DNA of 63,992 bases, filler included, from an uncultured bacterium (GTDB lineage: Bacteria; Auribacterota; CAZIXI01), in assembly GCA_964543115.1 (NCBI GenBank). It is 6 parts of 6 records of this genome, joined end to end, with 100 filler letters (N's around TTAATTAATTAA, not from the genome) between each part and the next. Parts side by side here need not be neighbours in the genome. Positions count along the whole stretch, not along the records: positions 21,813 to 32,400 come from CAZIXI010000112.1; positions 32,501 to 43,070 come from CAZIXI010000113.1; 4 more parts are not named here. One strand, 5' to 3'. This document shows positions 31,475-40,274 of the stretch, in pieces; the first letter of the stretch is position 1; each line of letters begins with the position of its first letter. The notes under the pieces were generated by a model. The model ran no database searches. It was not told the origin of the DNA and saw nothing but the letters and a program-made list of their open reading frames with translations. Both the position numbers and the translations under genes were made by a program.

Positions 31475-32400
31475 ATGGTTGGGAAAATTATTTCTATTAT
31501 AGTTATTGTTGTCCTGTTTGCTAACTGTCATCTATCTGCTGGTTTACTGCCAGGTAAACGGGATCATGCGGTAGATAGAGAAACTCTGGCTCCGGATGGA
31601 AAGAAACTACTCCGATTGACGGAGATGTTTAGGGATATTGTTGATGAAGCAGCGGCAATAACAACAGCGCGAAAAACAGGCCAGGGTGGAGAGGAAAGTC
31701 TTGCTAGATTGAAAGCAATCATCTTTGTGCTATGGAAGGTCAATTTAACTGATTTAAGAGAAGAAAACACGGATATAATTGCCGCCCGGGAAGAGTATCA
31801 GGAGTTATACCTGATTGATCGGCAGGACAGGAAAATATATGTGTTAACCTGCATCGCTGGCGAATTTTATTTGGAAGAAGTTGCGGAGAAAGGTCAGGAT
31901 TCAAAGGGACGAAGATCTTTTTTAATGAGTGCGGGAGTACTGGCCTTTTTAGCTGCTATGTTGCCATTTCGATCTTCTTTTGCCAGCGATAGAGATAAGG
32001 TATCAGCATTAATTGAACAGGTAATGGGCACAATTAGGACAACTACTGGATTACCCCTCAGTCATCCTGGCAGCAGTATTGAGGATTTGGCTAAGGGAGT
32101 ATTTCTCTATGATATTGGGCTTACGGTGCTGCTCTTATCACAGCAAGGGCATAAAAGGAGCGGTCAACAGATGGTGAATTATCTCTGGGCCGCTTATCAA
32201 AGAAGTGTTAGTGACTTGTGGGCCGGGGCAGATCAGTCTAATGGAATAAATGGGTTTATGCGTGTTCTCCAGGCGAGAAACAGTCAACGAGTGAAGGCAA
32301 TGGTTAATTGTCTTGATGCAACCGAGAGAAACGGAAAGATTACGGATTACTGGGTAGATGTGGGGCCGCACGCCTGGATTGGAATGGGCATGCTGCATCT
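31475..32400 (+). CDS. Signal-peptide protein (TLAP motif) with an internal twin-arginine-like segment, 3' truncated
   Basis: Leader MVGKIISIIVIVVLFANCHLSA...ETLAPDG; internal GRRSFLMSAGVLAFLAAML. Confidence 0.75.
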
Positions 32401-32500
32401 NNNNNNNNNNNNNNNNNNNNNNNNNNNNNNNNNNNNNNNNNNNNTTAATTAATTAANNNNNNNNNNNNNNNNNNNNNNNNNNNNNNNNNNNNNNNNNNNN

Positions 32501-34464
32501 AAGAAGCCTTCCAGCTGATCATCCCCGCTGTCAATTTCTATTCCCAAATCTCCGGCCAGTTTCCGGAGCTGCTCTTCCGCCAGCTTTAATTCTCCGGCCA
32601 CCGCGATTAAGTCACCGGCACGGGCCGTCAGCCGCTGCTCAATCTCTTGCCGCACAACTTCCGCTATTTCCAGTTTACCAAGAATAAATGAATCCTTAAC
32701 CTCAGTAGGTACACTACCCTGCTCTCTGGCGCCGGAGAGAAAACTACCCAAATTCCAATCATGTTCTAAGAGCCACTGAAGAAAAGGATTTATTGCCCTC
32801 ACCTTGCCGGCTAATTCTGCCAGGGGAATAACAGAAGGAGTCTTTATATCGTCAAATTGCATGACAACCAGATCGCCTCCTTGTTGATTCTGCCGGAATT
32901 GAATAATTTCACCCAATCCATCCTCTTCCCGGCCGGCCACCAAAATCCGCATGCCTTTTCGTAATCGGTCAGGCTCAACAGGCACCAGCGGAAGGCTGCC
33001 ATGGTATTGTTCATTAATCTTTTCAACCTGCGGCGATAGATCTGTATCAGCAAGCAATGATCTTAGATCCTCAGGCCCCATATTCATAATGCCGGCCATT
33101 CTTTTTAAATAACCGTGGTTTTCCTCAGCCAATTCCAGCATTTTCCTGTTGAATATTTTTTTCACTTGAGTGATTAAGCCGGCTTGATCCAACATTGTCT
33201 TGAAGAGATGATAACCCAGGTTAACAATATCAGCCATTTTCTTTAAATAGCCGTAGTTTTCCTCAGCCAATTCCAGAATTCTTTCCTTAAATACTTCTCG
33301 GGTTCGGTCCAATAATCGCTTTTCTTCCAGAAAGCCATACATTTCTGCTTTGCTAATGCCGGCTTCCTTCGCCATTTTCACAATCACTCCGTAGTTTCTC
33401 TCTGCCAGAGCGATAATATCATCTTCGCTCATTTGTTCTAGCTTCTCTTTGGCTGGGTCCGGTTCTGGTTCTGAGTCCGGTTCAGGCTCTGGCTCCTGTC
33501 TTGCTTCGGGCTCGGGTGCTGGTTCTGCCTCAGATTCAGGTTTTGGCTCAGGTCCCGGCTCTAGCTGCACGTGCTCTGCGATTTCCTCTGCGTCCTCTGC
33601 GTTCACAAATTCTGACGGCAATTCTACATCCTCTGCAGCTTCTGTCTCCAGTTCCCCGGCTGCCTGGCGCCTTCTTTTTTCCCGGCGGATGTCGATTAAC
33701 TGTTCCAGCGCCTCCCTATGTTCGAGGTCCGAGATATTCACATTATCTTCAATCAGCTTTCCTGCTTTGTCTTCAATGATCTGTGCTATCCGGGTACTAA
33801 TCTGATCAATCGTTATCAACTCATCTTCATCATCAAGCAGTTCCAGGGAATTAAGGATGATCTTTTCGGTAAAGTAGCTGGCGATTAGTTCTTCAACGAG
33901 CTTGGAAGATTTACTGTAATGGCCGTATTGATTGCGGAAACAGGAAAACAAGGATTGATGATCTTTGCCCCTTATCCTTTCCAGCGCTCTGCCTGTTACC
34001 GCGATAATCCCTTTGTTTGTCTTTAGCGCCTGGTGTATCCCCTCATGATATTCCACTACCGCCTTTACCTGTTTTGGGGTCAGCTGTTCATAATCGTTTT
34101 TGCGCAGTACCCGGTTGAGTACACGGGCGGCAATCTCAAATACCCGGTCCTCCTGGTATTGAATCCGGCCGTTTTCCATGTAGGCGAGGCCGCGGTTGAG
34201 GATCTGCCCAACTTTGCCCTCAGGATAATCCTCGCGGTAAAGTTCTTCTTCCAGGGCGTCATAGATGTCCTGGCGGAAACGATGGGCGGGCGGTGAGGCG
34301 GCCCGTTGCAGTAGGTCTTTAATCTCTCCATCCATAATCTGCCGGTAATCAGGCTGGAGGTGAGAAGGCGCAGCCGCCCAGGCAATATTCTGGCAAAGTA
34401 AGGCGCAGACAAAGGAAAAAACAATTATTTTGTTAAATAAACGACAGACCAGCCCCCCGATCAT
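32501..34464 (-). CDS. Signal-peptide protein (LQPDY leader) with HExxH motif, Glu/Pro linker and multiple Fis-type HTH repeats, 3' truncated
   Basis: HEGIH with a downstream EELIA; EPEP repeats; three 46-aa repeats L.LAE.NYG....MA; a further Fis-like segment RAGDLIAVAGELKL. Confidence 0.78.
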
Positions 34465-34530
34465 TAAGCCCCCCAATCTTTATTGTTTCAACTATGTTTG
34501 ACTACTTCATTTAATTTACATACTGCAATA

Positions 34531-36228
34531 TTATAAAGATAGAGCTATTGCTTCAGCAGAATCTTTGTCTAGCGCCGCCTCCGGAAAAACTGCCTGCCTC
34601 AGGCAAGCTTCTATCTCAGCAGGCGTCAACCGATATCCTTCACTCAGATTAAACTTAAAATCAATTTTTTCTGGCGCGATGGCGGACATCTCTTGATCAA
34701 AATCCTCATCCTCGAAGGCCCCTGCACAAAGCTCTTCCAGGGTGGCCTTCCGCCCTAAGCCGCTTATCATTCCTTCCGCCCGTAAAAGCATATCCAGTTT
34801 TTGCCGCGGGAAATTTCTGTGTTTTTCGATAAAATTAGCCTTAAGTGTTTCCTCGTCAACTTCTAAAAAGACATTGATATCGGCATCATCCTCCGTCAGT
34901 AATTCTATCCCAATAAGCCCGGCAGCGATAACTAATCTTGCCTGCGGATGCTCATTGAGGAGGTATCGTTTGCTATATCTGCGTCCTTGTTGGAGACGAA
35001 CTATATCCGGATCGTCATATAGATAAATTCCATCTCTCCAAACATCACTTAGCCCCTCCCGCAGGGCTTGAGCAAACACACTCTTGCCGGAATCACCTAC
35101 GCCGATAATTCTTAAGACAAGCGGTCTTGCCCCGGCAATTTCAGCGGATTTAGTTAATAACAATCTTTTTAACTGTTGCAGCTGCTGGATGTTCTCCTGT
35201 TTTAGCTTATCGCTATCGCCAAAAATAGCGGCAATTTCATCTTCACTCGGCCGTCTATTGCTGTTCATATTTAGAGTGAAATCCGGCCTTGTGCGGCGGT
35301 CCTCTAGTTTTCGATACTCCGCCCTGACTACGGCAACCACTCGTTTAATCTCGGCCTGCAGCCCAGGGGTCATATCCGCTTCCGCATCCCTGCCTGTTCT
35401 TCTCTGATACATATTTCTGCCAATTGTCTGTTCATCAGCGGTAACTAAAATATTAATATCTGACGGTTCGCGGAGCTTGAACATTTCTTTGCCTAAGCCA
35501 AGAAAAATCACTACCTTCGGATTGTCCTTTTGCGGCAACCGCTCCATTCTTCCCTCTCTATAATCGTCGTATTCCTTATCGTCAATAATTTCTATATCCT
35601 CAGCGGTAAGCGCACCGATTCCTTGAGCAATAATATTGGCGATGGTTGATTTACCCGTTGCCTGAAAACCATACATGCGCACCCATAACGGCCGGGAACC
35701 ATTGAGTCTGTCAACTTCAGCAATGATTTTCGCTTTTAACTCCACTAACGTTTCTTCTGTTGTCAGGATTTTCTTGCGCTTCTTCTTTTTCTTGGGTTTT
35801 TTCTTTTTGCCCTTCTTCTTCGCCATAAGAATAAACACGGGGAAATCGAGATCGTAGCCGGCAGCCAAAAAGTCCACAGCCGGCAGCGACTGAATAATAA
35901 CGAGGCCGGCAACAATCAAAAAGGCCCAGGCGAAAAAGGAAGCGGACGGGGAACTGAACATAGATTCACGCGTCCGGGCCAATTTCAGCAAAAGATTTCC
36001 CCATATCTCCCTTAACTGAACCAGGAAGTGAACTTCTTCTTTCGTCCTTATCCTGGTTAAAGAATCTGTTGAAACACTAGCTTCTGCGATCAAATCCTTA
36101 AGTTCTTCCTCCATGATCAGCTGGTAATCAGGCTGGAGCATACTTGGCCCTTTTGCCAAAGCGGTATTCTGAACCAGCAAGGAAATGACCATCAGAAGAG
36201 TAAAGAATTTGATAAATAGTTTATCCAT
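34531..36228 (-). CDS. Signal-peptide protein (LQPDY leader) with a TM helix, poly-Lys tract and two tandem P-loop kinase-like domains; ends ALSL
   Basis: Walker A motifs GFQATGKST and GVGDSGKSV, each followed by similar DIN(I/V).....DE.T segments. Confidence 0.78.
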   Translation of the reverse strand: MDKLFIKFFTLLMVISLLVQNTALAKGPSMLQPDYQLIMEEELKDLIAEASVSTDSLTRIRTKEEVHFLVQLREIWGNLLLKLARTRESMFSSPSASFFAWAFLIVAGLVIIQSLPAVDFLAAGYDLDFPVFILMAKKKGKKKKPKKKKKRKKILTTEETLVELKAKIIAEVDRLNGSRPLWVRMYGFQATGKSTIANIIAQGIGALTAEDIEIIDDKEYDDYREGRMERLPQKDNPKVVIFLGLGKEMFKLREPSDINILVTADEQTIGRNMYQRRTGRDAEADMTPGLQAEIKRVVAVVRAEYRKLEDRRTRPDFTLNMNSNRRPSEDEIAAIFGDSDKLKQENIQQLQQLKRLLLTKSAEIAGARPLVLRIIGVGDSGKSVFAQALREGLSDVWRDGIYLYDDPDIVRLQQGRRYSKRYLLNEHPQARLVIAAGLIGIELLTEDDADINVFLEVDEETLKANFIEKHRNFPRQKLDMLLRAEGMISGLGRKATLEELCAGAFEDEDFDQEMSAIAPEKIDFKFNLSEGYRLTPAEIEACLRQAVFPEAALDKDSAEAIALSL

Positions 36229-36302
36229 ATGCAAAAAAACTCCGGCAGATAAGACAAAAAGGGCGGGGAAATAAAAAAAGTAAGCCCCCTCCTTCCTCTC
36301 TA

Positions 36303-39300
36303 TTAGACAGCTTCCGCGGCAAAGCGTAATTCAATCTTGTCCAGGCTGTCTTCATGGCGGCGCGGCACAAAATCCTTATCCACAAATCTTAGCCGGCTGC
36401 CAGTATGGTCAAACATAGCAATAAATTTATAATAGAGAAACTTTGCTGTATTGGCTAAATTGAACTCTGAGCGCCTGGTTAATAAGTATTTCTCCCGGGT
36501 TAATTGCTCGCGCCTCTCGGGTGACTGCAGCAGCTCGTACATTCGCAGGTACAATTTCGGAAACTCCCCTTCCATAGCCTCCGGCTGTACCGGTCCGGGC
36601 CGGAAGCGTCCATTTTCGGTTTTTCCCGGGCGCAGATTGAACAGCGGCAGGCCGCCATAAAGCCCGTATTGTACCTGGATATCCTCCCTTTCGTCACTCT
36701 GATCATAGAATGTAGAATAAAACCAGCGCCGGGTGTAAATCACCGGCGCCGCATAAGCCTCAAAAGGTACCCGGCCAAAGGTCTCATGGCCGCTGGGAAT
36801 AGATACAATATCGGCAAATGTATAGGCGGCGGCCACCTCTTCCTGCGGTATCTGGCCCAGCATGTGGATCTGGCTTCTCAGGTCAATATCATCCCGGCCT
36901 TTTTTCTTGGCTGTCTTCCAGATATTATCCAGGGCCTCCTGTTCCGTATCCTTAAAATTTCCGGCTTCGTCTCCGGTACGTATCTGAGTACCGATAAAAA
37001 GCAAGGCTACCCGGCGTGGTTTTCTCCCGTCCGCAATTGCCTGCCGGTTCTCTATTTGCTGCATATTTTTAGCCATTATCACCGTACTCTCCGGCATTTT
37101 ATTTGCATCAATCCTCGAGGGTTGAATAATAACTATATCATTTTCCAAATCAACCTGCTGTTTAAGCTTATAACTGTAGGCCAGATATTTAATCCGTGAG
37201 ATAAAATCATTAAGAACTTTAATCTTCACGAAGCGGGCAGGCAATGATACGAGTGTGTCCACGGTATCGAAAAAGATATTAAGCAAGAAAGACAACCAGG
37301 CGTTGGCCCGAGCGCCCTGTTGATTGAGTAATTCAATTTTTTGTCCAAAAGAAGCAACCGGTTCTCTAAACTCTTCCTGCGCCCTTACCTGTTCCCGGAG
37401 CGGTACATCGCTGTCCAGGTTAACATTGGGGAAATGCGCCGCCTGATGCACAACCGTGGGACGAAAGCCAAAGTTCTCTTCGAAAAGATCGGCGTTGGTT
37501 TCACTTTCCACAAAAATTTCTACCGGATCGTCCCGTTGCATGATCCGGATCTTAATTCCTTCCCTTATTTGTTTTCTTTTATTGGTATAATTGTGCCTGA
37601 TAATTACCTTGACCTGTTCCTGCGGTCCCCGCAAGGCATTTACTTCTTCTACTGCCTGAAGTAGAGCAGGATAAAAAATCGGGTTTTCCTCCGGCAAGGC
37701 TACCTGGCCGAACATCAGCAGGCGCAGATCATGTTCAATGATCCATTCCTGCAAAAGCACCTTAGTGCTCCAGACAGCTTCATTGTAGCGCCGTTGAAGA
37801 TGAAGTCGTTTTTCCGCTGAAATCGGATCGGAACTGAACAGCTCAGCGCGCAGCTTCTTCCAGGTATAGGCATCAATAGAAGGTAAAGCGGTACAATCAG
37901 CCGGCACCTGCACCCTGCGGCCAAAATCAACATTGGGATTAATGATCGGGCCTCCCTCCTTGGTTTCACCCGCCATAATTTTTATTTTTTCAAAAAGATC
38001 ACTAATAATCCTGCGGATCCAAAGCTCCTGTTCCGCGCAGCCCCCGCCCAGCACCCAGACGGCCCGGCCGGCACCAAATGAGATATCCCGTAAAAAATCT
38101 CTCTGCGATGTTTCCAGTTCCACTTTATAATTGGCATCTATTCCCTTAAGCACCGTATCCGCTGCCCAGGACTGCGGCCAGTGCCTGAGCCTATCGGTAA
38201 CTTGATTAACTAAGCCTGCCTGTTCCTTCTGACAAAGATAAGCGAGAGCGGTAACAATAACTTTATCACGATTCACCTCCGGCGGCCCGCGTTTACGGAA
38301 AACATGCGGGTCCAAACGCTCACGTTCATCACGGTGTTCCACGGCTAACTGTTCCAGGTTTATAGTCAGGGTAGCGCTTTCTTCGTCATAGGCAAAAAGT
38401 TCTATTCTTTCTCTCCGTTTTTTGTTTCTGTTTAACAGATCATTAAACGTATCGTTTATTTCACCTAAATTGCTTAAATCCACAATGTCCTGATAACGTA
38501 AACCATTAAGCGCGTAGTGCAATCGATTGAGGATAATATTCTGCAGATTGGGATCAGCTATATTTGCCGGAAGAGAACGAATATTCTGACAGCCGGGCAG
38601 TAGATCAGATATTTTCTCCAGCACACGGAAGAGTTTGCGCATCTGCACGCTCATGATATAGGGAATGGCAACCTGCCGGGTACCCAGGAGGGCATAAAGG
38701 AATTCGTTCATGTGCAGGTCACTAATATTCGCAATAATATGCAGGTCCCGCACCGTATACTCTTGGTTCTGAGTAATGCTGAAAAAATAAACAATCAAAC
38801 TATAATGTGTTCGCAAAAGCGGATCGAGATCAGGATCCCGGAGGCGTTGGTAGGCCTGTTCGATAAGGGCAGGATCTTCAAGCGGGATTTCCGGGAAGGC
38901 TTGGCGCAATTCTTCATTCCATTCCACCAGCCGTAATCCCGGGGGACCGGTTGTCTGCCGGGGATAACCAACCTGGTCTTCTCCGTAGTAGTCAACCAGT
39001 TCTGCGTTACCCAGCCATAATAGCGGATCAGCAAGCAGGTCTTTGGCGTCGAGCCCATCTACAGTTTTATCGGCTTCATACAAGCGGGAACCGATCCGTA
39101 CATAGGTCCGGCCGCGATAGTGATAACGGGCAATATTAAGCCTTTTTTCCCCGGTTCCGCAGCTGCCTGCATATACCGGCGCTAAAGGATATTCCGGCTG
39201 TTCTTGCTCTGTCTTTAGCAGGCGCTGTTCTGCCGCATATAATCCTTCTTTTGTTAAACTGATAATCCTATCAACCAAATATCCTCTCATGCTGACAATA

Positions 39301-40220
39301 CCATCTCCAGCTGTAAACAAACTAACCAGGGCAGTAGCATCCCTGAGCAGATTAGTCCGTTGCTCCGGAGTTAATTCCAACGGATAATCGGCTACTACTT
39401 CTTCTGTTGTAATTCGCCCGTCTCTATATCTCCTGATAAGATCCGCAACCACCAGAGTGAGCTGGTTAGTTTCAACATGAGACAACTCAAGATAATCCAG
39501 ACCGTTAACGAAAGCTTCAGCGTCAATGACCTCCCGATACTGCCTTGTACCGCCCTCCAGCCTGGCGTCTAATTGCTGGAGCAGCAACTCTACCCTGCCG
39601 GGCAGACCGGGCAGATCATCGGTACTATTATCAAATTCAATTACATAACCGGCCTGACGATAATAATCAACCAGGGGCAGAACATTACGTTCATGATTGG
39701 CCAGCCGAAATTCCGCTGATGCCTCGCCCGGCCGTGCCCGTTCCTCCATCCTGGCAATTGCTGTTTCCCGGTCAACGGTAAGATTAACTACCACTGCCAG
39801 ATAAAGATTATTTTCTGCTAAAAACCGATCAAAAATCCTTTTCCAGGCGGGAAACGGCGGGTTATTGGCCATCAACAGGGCCTTCCCTGTCTGAATTTCG
39901 TCTTCCCGCAGCTGCCTGCCCAAAACATTAAAGATCATCCGTTCATTATCCAACATAACGAATTCCGGATTTGGGTCCAGGATTGACCGCATCACATCGC
40001 CAATAGATATCTGGCAGATCTCCGCGTCCTGCTGCTGCAGGGCCTCTAAAACTGTGCTTTTGCCCGCGGCCGGATAACCAAACACTACAATAACCGGTTT
40101 TGGCTGCGGAGTGGTGCGCTGAAGTACCGTTTCCGGCTGATGTTTTTCCCTGATCGACCGCAAAACCCCTAAAGAATTTCTCCTCATTGCCCGCTTACTT
40201 TTTGCTTCGCGTTCCTTCAA
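36303..40220 (-). CDS. Adenylate-kinase-like domain, uncharacterised region and GT4 (GT-B) glycosyltransferase; ends AEAV. Probably the C-terminal half of the upstream gene.
   Basis: Motifs GYPAAGKST, ISIGDVMR, LPLVDYY; GT4 motifs QPSRIDANK and ADIVSIPSGHETFGRVPFEA. Confidence 0.78.
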   Translation of the reverse strand: MKEREAKSKRAMRRNSLGVLRSIREKHQPETVLQRTTPQPKPVIVVFGYPAAGKSTVLEALQQQDAEICQISIGDVMRSILDPNPEFVMLDNERMIFNVLGRQLREDEIQTGKALLMANNPPFPAWKRIFDRFLAENNLYLAVVVNLTVDRETAIARMEERARPGEASAEFRLANHERNVLPLVDYYRQAGYVIEFDNSTDDLPGLPGRVELLLQQLDARLEGGTRQYREVIDAEAFVNGLDYLELSHVETNQLTLVVADLIRRYRDGRITTEEVVADYPLELTPEQRTNLLRDATALVSLFTAGDGIVSMRGYLVDRIISLTKEGLYAAEQRLLKTEQEQPEYPLAPVYAGSCGTGEKRLNIARYHYRGRTYVRIGSRLYEADKTVDGLDAKDLLADPLLWLGNAELVDYYGEDQVGYPRQTTGPPGLRLVEWNEELRQAFPEIPLEDPALIEQAYQRLRDPDLDPLLRTHYSLIVYFFSITQNQEYTVRDLHIIANISDLHMNEFLYALLGTRQVAIPYIMSVQMRKLFRVLEKISDLLPGCQNIRSLPANIADPNLQNIILNRLHYALNGLRYQDIVDLSNLGEINDTFNDLLNRNKKRRERIELFAYDEESATLTINLEQLAVEHRDERERLDPHVFRKRGPPEVNRDKVIVTALAYLCQKEQAGLVNQVTDRLRHWPQSWAADTVLKGIDANYKVELETSQRDFLRDISFGAGRAVWVLGGGCAEQELWIRRIISDLFEKIKIMAGETKEGGPIINPNVDFGRRVQVPADCTALPSIDAYTWKKLRAELFSSDPISAEKRLHLQRRYNEAVWSTKVLLQEWIIEHDLRLLMFGQVALPEENPIFYPALLQAVEEVNALRGPQEQVKVIIRHNYTNKRKQIREGIKIRIMQRDDPVEIFVESETNADLFEENFGFRPTVVHQAAHFPNVNLDSDVPLREQVRAQEEFREPVASFGQKIELLNQQGARANAWLSFLLNIFFDTVDTLVSLPARFVKIKVLNDFISRIKYLAYSYKLKQQVDLENDIVIIQPSRIDANKMPESTVIMAKNMQQIENRQAIADGRKPRRVALLFIGTQIRTGDEAGNFKDTEQEALDNIWKTAKKKGRDDIDLRSQIHMLGQIPQEEVAAAYTFADIVSIPSGHETFGRVPFEAYAAPVIYTRRWFYSTFYDQSDEREDIQVQYGLYGGLPLFNLRPGKTENGRFRPGPVQPEAMEGEFPKLYLRMYELLQSPERREQLTREKYLLTRRSEFNLANTAKFLYYKFIAMFDHTGSRLRFVDKDFVPRRHEDSLDKIELRFAAEAV

Positions 40221-40274
40221 CAGGCGGCGGATAGCTTCCGGTTCTGGATGAGTATTAAAATCCCTGATCTCAGT

